Assembly: GCF_009914755.1 (NCBI RefSeq)
Contig: NC_060938.1
DNA from: the human T2T-CHM13v2.0 reference genome, Homo sapiens
Direction: 5' to 3' (one strand)
Length of the DNA stretch: 64,000 nucleotides
Shown: positions 13,701-27,800 of the stretch, piece after piece
Layout of the letters: every line of letters begins with the position of its first letter
Position numbering within the stretch: the first letter of the stretch is position 1
Program-made: the position numbers and the translations under genes
Notes under the pieces: model-generated
Database searches by the model: none
What the model saw: only the letters and a program-made list of their open reading frames with translations
What the model was told of the DNA's origin: nothing

Positions 13701-16700
13701 GGGAAGATATTTGCTTTTTCACCGTAGGCCTCAGAGCGCTCCAAATATCCACTTGCACATACTACAAAAAGAGTGCCTCAAAGCTGCTCTCTGAAACGGA
13801 ATGTTCAACTCTATGAGTTGAATGCAAACATCGCAAAGACGTTTCTGAGAATGCTTCTGTCTAGATTTGATATGAAGATATTCCCGTTTCCAACGAAATC
13901 TTCAAATCTATCCAAATGTCCACTTGCAGATTCAACAAAAAGTGTTTTTCAGAACTGCTCTATCAAAAGAAAGATCCACCTCTGTTAGCTGAGTTCACAC
14001 ATCACAAACAAGTTTATGAGAATGCTTCTGTCTAGTTTTTATTTGAAGATATTTCCTTTCTCACCATAGAGCTGAAAGCTGTCCTAATGTTCACTTCCAG
14101 ATACTACAGAAAGAGTGTTTCAAAACTGCTGTACGAAAGGGAATGTTCAACTCTGTGACTTGAATGCACACATCACAAAGAAGTTTCTGAGGATGCTGCT
14201 GTCTACTTTTTATACGTAATCCCGTTTCCAACGAAATCCTCCAAGCTATCCAAATATCCACTTGCAGATTCCACAGAAAGACTGTTTCAAAACTGCTCTG
14301 TCAATAGAAAGGTTCAACTCTGTTAGCTGCGTGCATATATCCCAAAGAAGATTCTGAGATTGCTTCTGTCTAGTTTTTATGGGAAGATATTTCCCTTTTC
14401 ACCGTAGGCGTCAAGGCGCTCCAAATGTCCACTTCCAGATACTACAAAAAGAGTGTTTCAAACCTACTCTGTGAAAGGGAATATTCAACTCTGTGACTTG
14501 AATGCACATATCACAAAGAAGTTTCTGAGAATGCTTCTGTCGAGATTTTATATGAAGATATTCCCGTTTCCAACGAAATGCTGAAATCTATCCAAATATC
14601 CCCTCGCAGATTCTACAAAAAGAGTGTTTCAAAACTGCTCTGTGAAAAGAAAGGTTCAACTCTGTTAGTTGAGTACACACATCACAAACAAGTTTCACAG
14701 AATGCTTCTTTCTAGCTTGTAGGGGAAGATATTCCCTTTATCACCATGGGCCTCCAACCGTCCGAAACATCCACTTCCATATACTACAAATGAGCGTTTC
14801 AAACCTGCTCTATGAAAGGCAATGTTCAACTCTGTGACTTGAATGCAGACATCACAGAGCAGTTTCTGAGAATGCTTCTGTCTAGATTTTATAGGAAGAT
14901 ATTCCCGTTTCCAACGAAATCTTCACAGCTATCCAAATATCCACTTGCAGATTCTACAAAAAGAGTGTATCAAAACTGCTCTGTCAAAAGGAAGGTTCTT
15001 CTCTGTTAGGTGAGTGCATACGTCATAAAGGAGTTTCTGAGAATGTTTCTGTCTAGTGGTTATGGGAAGATATTTGCTTTTTCACCGTAGGCCTCAGAGC
15101 GCTCCAAATATCCACTTGCACATACTACAAAAAGAGTGCCTCAAAGCTGCTCTCTGAAACGGAATGTTCAACTCTATGAGTTGAATGCAAACATCACAAA
15201 GACGTTTCTGAGAATGCTTCTGTCTAGATTAGATATGAAGATATTCCCGTTTCCAACGAAATCTTCAAATCTATCCAAATGTCCACTTGCAGATTCAACA
15301 AAAAGTGTTTTTCAGAACTGCTCTATCAAAAGAAAGATCCACCTCTGTTAGCTGAGTTCACACATCACAAACAAGTTTATGAGAATGCTTCTGTCTAGTT
15401 TTTATTTGAAGATATTTCCTTTCTCACCATAGAGCTGAAAGCTGTCCTAATGTTCACTTCCAGATACTACAGAAAGAGTGTTTCAAAACTGCTGTACGAA
15501 AGGGAATGTTCAACTCTGTGACTTGAATGCACACATCACAAAGAAGTTTCTGAGGATGCTGCTGTCTACTTTTTATACGTAATCCCGTTTCCAACGAAAT
15601 CCTCCAAGCTATCCAAATGTCCACTTGCAGATTCCACAGAAAGACTGTTTCAAAACTGCTCTGTCAATAGAAAGGTTCAACTCTGTTAGCTGCGTGCATA
15701 TATCCCAAAGAAGATTCTGAGATTGCTTCTGTCTAGTTTTTATGGGAAGATATTTCCCTTTTCACCGTAGGCGTCAAGGCGCTCCAAATGTCCACTTCCA
15801 GATACTACAAAAAGAGTGTTTCAAACCTACTCTGTGAAAGGGAATATTCAACTCTGTGACTTGAATGCACATATCACAAAGAAGTTTCTGAGAATGCTTC
15901 TGTCGAGATTTTATATGAAGATATTCCCGTTTCCAACGAAATGCTGAAATCTATCCAAATATCCCCTCGCAGATTCTACAAAAAGAGTGTTTCAAAACTG
16001 CTCTGTGAAAAGAAAGGTTCAACTCTGTTAGTTGAGTACACACATCACAAACAAGTTTCACAGAATGCTTCTTTCTAGCTTGTAGGGGAAGATATTCCCT
16101 TTATCACCATGGGCCTCCAACCGTCCGAAACATCCACTTCCATATACTACAAAAAGAGCGTTTCAAACCTGCTCTATGAAAGGCAATGTTCAACTCTGTG
16201 ACTTGAATGCAGACATCACAGAGCAGTTTCTGAGAATGCTTCTGTCTAGATTTTATAGGAAGATATGCCCGTTTCCAACGAAATCTTCACAGCTATCCAA
16301 ATATCCACTTGCAGATTCTACAAAAAGAGTGTATCAAAACTGCTCTGTCAAAAGGAAGGTTCTTCTCTGTTAGGTGAGTGCATACGTCATAAAGGAGTTT
16401 CTGAGAATGTTTCTGTCTAGTGGTTATGGGAAGATATTTGCTTTTTCACCGTAGGCCTCAGAGCGCTCCAAATATCCACTTGCACATACTACAAAAAGAG
16501 TGCCTCAAAGCTGCTCTCTGAAACGGAATGTTCAACTCTATGAGTTGAATGCAAACATCACAAAGACGTTTCTGAGAATGCTTCTGTCTAGATTTGATAT
16601 GAAGATATTCCCGTTTCCAACGAAATCTTCAAATCTATCCAAATGTCCACTTGCAGATTCAACAAAAAGTGTTTTTCAGAACTGCTCTATCAAAAGAAAG

Positions 16701-19700
16701 ATCCACCTCTGTTAGCTGAGTTCACACATCACAAACAAGTTTATGAGAATGCTTCTGTCTAGTTTTTATTTGAAGATATTTCCTTTCTCACCATAGAGCT
16801 GAAAGCTGTCCTAATGTTCACTTCCAGATACTACAGAAAGAGTGTTTCAAAACTGCTGTACGAAAGGGAATGTTCAACTCTGTGACTTGAATGCACACAT
16901 CACAAAGAAGTTTCTGAGGATGCTGCTGTCTACTTTTTATACGTAATCCCGTTTCCAACGAAATCCTCCAAGCTATCCAAATATCCACTTGCAGATTCCA
17001 CAGAAAGACTGTTTCAAAACTGCTCTGTCAATAGAAAGGTTCAACTCTGTTAGCTGCATGCATATATCCCAAAGAAGATTCTGAGATTGCTTCTGTCTAG
17101 TTTTTATGGGAAGATATTTCCCTTTTCACCGTAGGCGTCAAGGCGCTCCAAATGTCCACTTCCAGATACTACAAAAAGAGTGTTTCAAACCTACTCTGTG
17201 AAAGGGAATATTCAACTCTGTGACTTGAATGCACATATCACAAAGAAGTTTCTGAGAATGCTTCTGTCGAGATTTTATATGAAGATATTCCCGTTTCCAA
17301 CGAAATCCTGAAATCTATCCAAATATCCCCTCGCAGATTCTGCAAAAAGAGTGTTTCAAAACTGCTCTGTGAAAAGAAAGGTTCAACTCTGTTAGTTGAG
17401 TACACACATCACAAACAAGTTTCACAGAATGCTTCTTTCTAGCTTGTAGGGGAAGATATTCCCTTTATCACCATGGGCCTCCAACCGTCCGAAACATCCA
17501 CTTCCATATACTACAAAAAGAGCGTTTCAAACCTGCTCTATGAAAGGCAATGTTCAACTCTGTGACTTGAATGCAGACATCACAGAGCAGTTTCTGAGAA
17601 TGCTTCTGTCTAGATTTTATAGGAAGATATTCCCGTTTCCAACGAAATCTTCACAGCTATCCAAATATCCACTTGCAGATTCTACAAAAAGAGTGTATCA
17701 AAACTGCTCTGTCAAAAGGAAGGTTCTTCTCTGTTAGGTGAGTGCATACGTCATAAAGGAGTTTCTGAGAATGTTTCTGTCTAGTGGTTATGGGAAGATA
17801 TTTGCTTTTTCACCGTAGGCCTCAGAGCGCTCCAAATATCCACTTGCACATACTACAAAAAGAGTGCCTCAAAGCTGCTCTCTGAAACGGAATGTTCAAC
17901 TCTATGAGTTGAATGCAAACATCACAAAGACGTTTCTGAGAATGCTTCTGTCTAGATTTGATATGAAGATATTCCCGTTTCCAACGAAATCTTCAAATCT
18001 ATCCAAATGTCCACTTGCAGATTCAACAAAAAGTGTTTTTCAGAACTGCTCTATCAAAAGAAAGATCCACCTCTGTTAGCTGAGTTCACACATCACAAAC
18101 AAGTTTATGAGAATGCTTCTGTCTAGTTTTTATTTGAAGATATTTCCTTTCTCACCATAGAGCTGAAAGCTGTCCTAATGTTCACTTCCAGATACTACAG
18201 AAAGAGTGTTTCAAAACTGCTGTACGAAAGGGAATGTTCAACTCTGTGACTTGAATGCACACATCACAAAGAAGTTTCTGAGGATGCTGCTGTCTACTTT
18301 TTATACGTAATCCCGTTTCCAACGAAATCCTCCAAGCTATCCAAATATCCACTTGCAGATTCCACAGAAAGACTGTTTCAAAACTGCTCTGTCAATAGAA
18401 AGGTTCAACTCTGTTAGCTGCATGCATATATCCCAAAGAAGATTCTGAGATTGCTTCTGTCTAGTTTTTATGGGAAGATATTTCCCTTTTCACCGTAGGC
18501 GTCAAGGCGCTCCAAATGTCCACTTCCAGATACTACAAAAAGAGTGTTTCAAACCTACTCTGTGAAAGGGAATATTCAACTCTGTGACTTGAATGCACAT
18601 ATCACAAGGAAGTTTCTGAGAATGCTTCTGTCGAGATTTTATATGAAGATATTCCCGTTTCCAACGAAATCCTGAAATGTATCCAAATATCCCCTTGCAG
18701 ATTCTACAAAAAGAGTGTTTCAAAACTGCTCTGTAAAAAGAAAGGTTCAACTCTGTTAGTTGAGTACACACATCACAAACAAGTTTCACACAATGCTTCT
18801 TTCTAGCTTGTAGGGGAAGATATTCCCTTTATCACCATGGGCCTCAAACCGTCCGAAACATCCACTTCCATATACTACAAAAAGAGCGTTTCAAACCTGC
18901 TCTATGAAAGGCAATGTTCAACTCTGTGACTTGAATGCAGACATCACAGAGCAGTTTCTGAGAATGCTTCTGTCTAGATTTTATAGGAAGATATTCCCGT
19001 TTCCAACGAAATCTTCACAGCTATCCAAATATCCACTTGCAGATTCTACAAAAAGAGTGTATCAAAACTGCTCTGTCAAAAGGAAGGTTCTTCTCTGTTA
19101 GGTGAGTGCATACGTCATAAAGGAGTTTCTGAGAATGTTTCTGTCTAGTGGTTATGGGAAGATATTTGCTTTTTCACCGTAGGCCTCAGAGCGCTCCAAA
19201 TATCCACTTGCACATACTACAAAAAGAGTGCCTCAAAGCTGCTCTCTGAAACGGAATGTTCAACTCTATGAGTTGAATGCAAACATCGCAAAGACGTTTC
19301 TGAGAATGCTTCTGTCTAGATTTGATATGAAGATATTCCCGTTTCCAACGAAATCTTCAAATCTATCCAAATGTCCACTTGCAGATTCAACAAAAAGTGT
19401 TTTTCAGAACTGCTCTATCAAAAGAAAGATCCACCTCTGTTAGCTGAGTTCACACATCACAAACAAGTTTATGAGAATGCTTCTGTCTAGTTTTTATTTG
19501 AAGATATTTCCTTTCTCACCATAGAGCTGAAAGCTGTCCTAATGTTCACTTCCAGATACTACAGAAAGAGTGTTTCAAAACTGCTGTACGAAAGGGAATG
19601 TTCAACTCTGTGACTTGAATGCACACATCACAAAGAAGTTTCTGAGGATGCTGCTGTCTACTTTTTATACGTAATCCCGTTTCCAACGAAATCCTCCAAG

Positions 19701-21822
19701 CTATCCAAATATCCACTTGCAGATTCCACAGAAAGACTGTTTCAAAACTGCTCTGTCAATAGAAAGGTTCAACTCTGTTAGCTGCATGCATATATCCCAA
19801 AGAAGATTCTGAGATTGCTTCTGTCTAGTTTTTATGGGAAGATATTTCCCTTTTCACCGTAGGCGTCAAGGCGCTCCAAATGTCCACTTCCAGATACTAC
19901 AAAAAGAGTGTTTCAAACCTACTCTGTGAAAGGGAATATTCAACTCTGTGACTTGAATGCACATATCACAAAGAAGTTTCTGAGAATGCTTCTGTCGAGA
20001 TTTTATATGAAGATATTCCCGTTTCCAACGAAATGCTGAAATCTATCCAAATATCCCCTCGCAGATTCTACAAAAAGAGTGTTTCAAAACTGCTCTGTGA
20101 AAAGAAAGGTTCAACTCTGTTAGTTGAGTACACACATCACAAACAAGTTTCACAGAATGCTTCTTTCTAGCTTGTAGGGGAAGATATTCCCTTTATCACC
20201 ATGGGCTTCCAACCGTCCGAAACATCCACTTCCATATACTACAAAAAGAGCGTTTCAAACCTGCTCTATGAAAGGCAATGTTCAACTCTGTGACTTGAAT
20301 GCAGACATCACAGAGCAGTTTCTGAGAATGCTTCTGTCTAGATTTTATAGGAAGATATTCCCGTTTCCAACGAAATCTTCACAGCTATCCAAATATCCAC
20401 TTGCAGATTCTACAAAAAGAGTGTATCAAAACTGCTCTGTCAAAAGGAAGGTTCTTCTCTGTTAGGTGAGTGCATACGTCATAAAGGAGTTTCTGAGAAT
20501 GTTTCTGTCTAGTGGTTATGGGAAGATATTTGCTTTTTCACCGTAGGCCTCAGAGCGCTCCAAATATCCACTTGCACATACTACAAAAAGAGTGCTTCAA
20601 AGCTGCTCTCTGAAACGGAATGTTCAACTCTATGAGTTGAATGCAAACATCACAAAGACGTTTCTGAGAATGCTTCTGTCTAGATTTGATATGAAGATAT
20701 TCCCGTTTCCAACGAAATCTTCAAATCTATCCAAATGTCCACTTGCAGATTCAACAAAAAGTGTTTTTCAGAACTGCTCTATCAAAAGAAAGATCCACCT
20801 CTGTTAGCTGAGTTCACACATCACAAACAAGTTTATGAGAATGCTTCTGTCTAGTTTTTATTTGAAGATATTTCCTTTCTCACCATAGAGCTGAAAGCTG
20901 TCCTAATGTTCACTTCCAGATACTACAGAAAGAGTGTTTCAAAACTGCTGTACGAAAGGGAATGTTCAACTCTGTGACTTGAATGCACACATCACAAAGA
21001 AGTTTCTGAGGATGCTGCTGTCTACTTTTTATACGTAATCCCGTTTCCAACGAAATCCTCCAAGCTATCCAAATATCCACTTGCAGATTCCACAGAAAGA
21101 CTGTTTCAAAACTGCTCTGTCAATAGAAAGGTTCAACTCTGTTAGCTGCGTGCATATATCCCAAAGAAGATTCTGAGATTGCTTCTGTCTAGTTTTTATG
21201 GGAAGATATTTCCCTTTTCACCGTAGGTGTCAAGGCGCTCCAAATGTCCACTTCCAGATACTACAAAAAGAGTGTTTCAAACCTACTCTGTGAAAGGGAA
21301 TATTCAACTCTGTGACTTGAATGCACATATCACAAAGAAGTTTCTGAGAATGCTTCTGTCGAGATTTTATATGAAGATATTCCCGTTTCCAACGAAATGC
21401 TGAAATCTATCCAAATATCCCCTTGCAGATTCTACAAAAAGAGTGTTTCAAAACTGCTCTGTGAAAAGAAAGGTTCAACTCTGTTAGTTGAGTACACACA
21501 TCACAAACAAGTTTCACAGAATGCTTCTTTCTAGCTTGTAGGGGAAGATATTCCCTTTATCACCATGGGCCTCCAACCGTCCGAAACATCCACTTCCATA
21601 TACTACAAAAAGAGCGTTTCAAACCTGCTCTATGAAAGGCAATGTTCAACTCTGTGACTTGAATGCAGACATCACAGAGCAGTTTCTGAGAATGCTTCTG
21701 TCTAGATTTTATAGGAAGATATTCCCGTTTCCAACGAAATCTTCACAGCTATCCAAATATCCACTTGCAGATTCTACAAAAAGAGTGTATCAAAACTGCT
21801 CTGTCAAAAGGAAGGTTCTTCT

Positions 21823-24800
21823 CTGTTAGGTGAGTGCATACGTCATAAAGGAGTTTCTGAGAATGTTTCTGTCTAGTGGTTATGGGAAGATATTTGCTTT
21901 TTCACCGTAGGCCTCAGAGCGCTCCAAATATCCACTTGCACATACTACAAAAAGAGTGCTTCAAAGCTGCTCTCTGAAACGGAATGTTCAACTCTATGAG
22001 TTGAATGCAAACATCACAAAGACGTTTCTGAGAATGCTTCTGTCTAGATTTGATATGAAGATATTCCCGTTTCCAACGAAATCTTCAAATCTATCCAAAT
22101 GTCCACTTGCAGATTCAACAAAAAGTGTTTTTCAGAACTGCTCTATCAAAAGAAAGATCCACCTCTGTTAGCTGAGTTCACACATCACAAACAAGTTTAT
22201 GAGAATGCTTCTGTCTAGTTTTTATTTGAAGATATTTCCTTTCTCACCATAGAGCTGAAAGCTGTCCTAATGTTCACTTCCAGATACTACAGAAAGAGTG
22301 TTTCAAAACTGCTGTACGAAAGGGAATGTTCAACTCTGTGACTTGAATGCACACATCACAAAGAAGTTTCTGAGGATGCTGCTGTCTACTTTTTATACGT
22401 AATCCCGTTTCCAACGAAATCCTCCAAGCTATCCAAATATCCACTTGCAGATTCCACAGAAAGACTGTTTCAAAACTGCTCTGTCAATAGAAAGGTTCAA
22501 CTCTGTTAGCTGCATGCATATATCCCAAAGAAGATTCTGAGATTGCTTCTGTCTAGTTTTTATGGGAAGATATTTCCCTTTTCACCGTAGGCGTCAAGGC
22601 GCTCCAAATGTCCACTTCCAGATACTACAAAAAGAGTGTTTCAAACCTACTCTGTGAAAGGGAATATTCAACTCTGTGACTTGAATGCACATATCACAAG
22701 GAAGTTTCTGAGAATGCTTCTGTCGAGATTTTATATGAAGATATTCCCGTTTCCAACGAAATCCTGAAATCTATCCAAATATCCCCTTGCAGATTCTACA
22801 AAAAGAGTGTTTCAAAACTGCTCTGTAAAAAGAAAGGTTCAACTCTGTTAGTTGAGTACACACATCACAAACAAGTTTCACACAATGCTTCTTTCTAGCT
22901 TGTAGGGGAAGATATTCCCTTTATCACCATGGGCCTCAAACCGTCCGATAAGTCCACTTCCATATACTACAAAAAGAGCGTTTCAAACCTGCTCTATGAA
23001 AGGCAATGTTCAACTCTGTGACTTGAATGCAGACATCACAGAGCAGTTTCTGAGAATGCTTCTGTCTAGATTTTATAGGAAGATATTCCCGTTTCCAACG
23101 AAATCTTCACAGCTATCCAAATATCCACTTGCAGATTCTACAAAAAGAGTGTATCAAAACTGCTCTGTCAAAAGGAAGGTTCTTTTCTGTTAGGTGAGTG
23201 CATACGTCATAAAGGAGTTTCTGAGAATGTTTCTGTCTAGTGGTTATGGGAAGATATTTGCTTTTTCACCGTAGGCCTCAGAGCGCTCCAAATATCCACT
23301 TGCACATACTACAAAAAGAGTGCCTCAAAGCTGCTCTCTGAAACGGAATGTTCAACTCTATGAGTTGAATGCAAACATCGCAAAGACGTTTCTGAGAATG
23401 CTTCTGTCTAGATTTGATATGAAGATATTCCCGTTTCCAACGAAATCTTCAAATCTATCCAAATGTCCACTTGCAGATTCAACAAAAAGTGTTTTTCAGA
23501 ACTGCTCTATCAAAAGAAAGATCCACCTCTGTTAGCTGAGTTCACACATCACAAACAAGTTTATGAGAATGCTTCTGTCTAGTTTTTATTTGAAGATATT
23601 TCCTTTCTCACCATAGAGCTGAAAGCTGTCCTAATGTTCACTTCCAGATACTACAGAAAGAGTGTTTCAAAACTGCTGTACGAAAGGGAATGTTCAACTC
23701 TGTGACTTGAATGCACACATCACAAAGAAGTTTCTGAGGATGCTGCTGTCTACTTTTTATACGTAATCCCGTTTCCAACGAAATCCTCCAAGCTATCCAA
23801 ATATCCACTTGCAGATTCCACAGAAAGACTGTTTCAAAACTGCTCTGTCAATAGAAAGGTTCAACTCTGTTAGCTGCGTGCATATATCCCAAAGAAGATT
23901 CTGAGATTGCTTCTGTCTAGTTTTTATGGGAAGATATTTCCCTTTTCACCGTAGGCGTCAAGGCGCTCCAAATGTCCACTTCCAGATACTACAAAAAGAG
24001 TGTTTCAAACCTACTCTGTGAAAGGGAATATTCAACTCTGTGACTTGAATGCACATATCACAAAGAAGTTTCTGAGAATGCTTCTGTCGAGATTTTATAT
24101 GAAGATATTCCCGTTTCCAACGAAATGCTGAAATCTATCCAAATATCCCCTCGCAGATTCTACAAAAAGAGTGTTTCAAAACTGCTCTGTGAAAAGAAAG
24201 GTTCAACTCTGTTAGTTGAGTACACACATCACAAACAAGTTTCACAGAATGCTTCTTTCTAGCTTGTAGGGGAAGATATTCCCTTTATCACCATGGGCCT
24301 CCAACCGTCCGAAACATCCACTTCCATATACTACAAAAAGAGCGTTTCAAACCTGCTCTATGAAAGGCAATGTTCAACTCTGTGACTTGAATGCAGACAT
24401 CACAGAGCAGTTTCTGAGAATGCTTCTGTCTAGATTTTATAGGAAGATATTCCCGTTTCCAACGAAATCTTCACAGCTATCCAAATATCCACTTGCAGAT
24501 TCTACAAAAAGAGTGTATCAAAACTGCTCTGTCAAAAGGAAGGTTCTTCTCTGTTAGGTGAGTGCATACGTCATAAAGGAGTTTCTGAGAATGTTTCTGT
24601 CTAGTGGTTATGGGAAGATATTTGCTTTTTCACCGTAGGCCTCAGAGCGCTCCAAATATCCACTTGCACATACTACAAAAAGAGTGCTTCAAAGCTGCTC
24701 TCTGAAACGGAATGTTCAACTCTATGAGTTGAATGCAAACATCACAAAGACGTTTCTGAGAATGCTTCTGTCTAGATTTGATATGAAGATATTCCCGTTT

Positions 24801-27800
24801 CCAACGAAATCTTCAAATCTATCCAAATGTCCACTTGCAGATTCAACAAAAAGTGTTTTTCAGAACTGCTCTATCAAAAGAAAGATCCACCTCTGTTAGC
24901 TGAGTTCACACATCACAAACAAGTTTATGAGAATGCTTCTGTCTAGTTTTTATTTGAAGATATTTCCTTTCTCACCATAGAGCTGAAAGCTGTCCTAATG
25001 TTCACTTCCAGATACTACAGAAAGAGTGTTTCAAAACTGCTGTACGAAAGGGAATGTTCAACTCTGTGACTTGAATGCACACATCACAAAGAAGTTTCTG
25101 AGGATGCTGCTGTCTACTTTTTATACGTAATCCCGTTTCCAACGAAATCCTCCAAGCTATCCAAATATCCACTTGCAGATTCCACAGAAAGACTGTTTGA
25201 AAACTGCTCTGTCAATAGAAAGGTTCAACTCTGTTAGCTGCATGCATATATCCCAAAGAAGATTCTGAGATTGCTTCTGTCTAGTTTTTATGGGAAGATA
25301 TTTCCCTTTTCACCGTAGGCGTCAAGGCGCTCCAAATGTCCACTTCCAGATACTACAAAAAGAGTGTTTCAAACCTACTCTGTGAAAGGGAATATTCAAC
25401 TCTGTGACTTGAATGCACATATCACAAGGAAGTTTCTGAGAATGCTTCTGTCGAGATTTTATATGAAGATATTCCCGTTTCCAACGAAATCCTGAAATCT
25501 ATCCAAATATCCCCTTGCAGATTCTACAAAAAGAGTGTTTCAAAACTGCTCTGTAAAAAGAAAGGTTCAACTCTGTTAGTTGAGTACACACATCACAAAC
25601 AAGTTTCACACAATGCTTCTTTCTAGCTTGTAGGGGAAGATATTCCCTTTATCACCATGGGCCTCAAACCGTCCGATAAGTCCACTTCCATATACTACAA
25701 AAAGAGCGTTTCAAACCTGCTCTATGAAAGGCAATGTTCAACTCTGTGACTTGAATGCAGACATCACAGAGCAGTTTCTGAGAATGCTTCTGTCTAGATT
25801 TTATAGGAAGATATTCCCGTTTCCAACGAAATCTTCACAGCTATCCAAATATCCACTTGCAGATTCTACAAAAAGAGTGTATCAAAACTGCTCTGTCAAA
25901 AGGAAGGTTCTTTTCTGTTAGGTGAGTGCATACGTCATAAAGGAGTTTCTGAGAATGTTTCTGTCTAGTGGTTATGGGAAGATATTTGCTTTTTCACCGT
26001 AGGCCTCAGAGCGCTCCAAATATCCACTTGCACATACTACAAAAAGAGTGCCTCAAAGCTGCTCTCTGAAACGGAATGTTCAACTCTATGAGTTGAATGC
26101 AAACATCGCAAAGACGTTTCTGAGAATGCTTCTGTCTAGATTTGATATGAAGATATTCCCGTTTCCAACGAAATCTTCAAATCTATCCAAATGTCCACTT
26201 GCAGATTCAACAAAAAGTGTTTTTCAGAACTGCTCTATCAAAAGAAAGATCCACCTCTGTTAGCTGAGTTCACACATCACAAACAAGTTTATGAGAATGC
26301 TTCTGTCTAGTTTTTATTTGAAGATATTTCCTTTCTCACCATAGAGCTGAAAGCTGTCCTAATGTTCACTTCCAGATACTACAGAAAGAGTGTTTCAAAA
26401 CTGCTGTACGAAAGGGAATGTTCAACTCTGTGACTTGAATGCACACATCACAAAGAAGTTTCTGAGGATGCTGCTGTCTACTTTTTATACGTAATCCCGT
26501 TTCCAACGAAATCCTCCAAGCTATCCAAATATCCACTTGCAGATTCCACAGAAAGACTGTTTCAAAACTGCTCTGTCAATAGAAAGGTTCAACTCTGTTA
26601 GCTGCGTGCATATATCCCAAAGAAGATTCTGAGATTGCTTCTGTCTAGGTTTTATGGGAAGATATTTCCCTTTTCACCGTAGGCGTCAAGGCGCTCCAAA
26701 TGTCCACTTCCAGATACTACAAAAAGAGTGTTTCAAACCTACTCTGTGAAAGGGAATATTCAACTCTGTGACTTGAATGCACATATCACAAAGAAGTTTC
26801 TGAGAATGCTTCTGTCGAGATTTTATATGAAGATATTCCCGTTTCCAACGAAATGCTGAAATCTATCCAAATATCCCCTCGCAGATTCTACAAAAAGAGT
26901 GTTTCAAAACTGCTCTGTGAAAAGAAAGGTTCAACTCTGTTAGTTGAGTACACACATCACAAACAAGTTTCACAGAATGCTTCTTTCTAGCTTGTAGGGG
27001 AAGATATTCCCTTTATCACCATGGGCCTCCAACCGTCCGAAACATCCACTTCCATATACTACAAAAAGAGCGTTTCAAACCTGCTCTATGAAAGGCAATG
27101 TTCAACTCTGTGACTTGAATGCAGACATCACAGAGCAGTTTCTGAGAATGCTTCTGTCTAGATTTTATAGGAAGATATTCCCGTTTCCAACGAAATCTTC
27201 ACAGCTATCCAAATATCCACTTGCAGATTCTACAAAAAGAGTGTATCAAAACTGCTCTGTCAAAAGGAAGGTTCTTCTCTGTTAGGTGAGTGCATACGTC
27301 ATAAAGGAGTTTCTGAGAATGTTTCTGTCTAGTGGTTATGGGAAGATATTTGCTTTTTCACCGTAGGCCTCAGAGCGCTCCAAATATCCACTTGCACATA
27401 CTACAAAAAGAGTGCTTCAAAGCTGCTCTCTGAAACGGAATGTTCAACTCTATGAGTTGAATGCAAACATCACAAAGACGTTTCTGAGAATGCTTCTGTC
27501 TAGATTTGATATGAAGATATTCCCGTTTCCAACGAAATCTTCAAATCTATCCAAATGTCCACTTGCAGATTCAACAAAAAGTGTTTTTCAGAACTGCTCT
27601 ATCAAAAGAAAGATCCACCTCTGTTAGCTGAGTTCACACATCACAAACAAGTTTATGAGAATGCTTCTGTCTAGTTTTTATTTGAAGATATTTCCTTTCT
27701 CACCATAGAGCTGAAAGCTGTCCTAATGTTCACTTCCAGATACTACAGAAAGAGTGTTTCAAAACTGCTGTACGAAAGGGAATGTTCAACTCTGTGACTT

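Noticed and set aside
16267-16283. Variant CENP-B box (T>G at 16267)
   Set aside because: The change is at a terminal, non-core position, so the box was not counted as disrupted.
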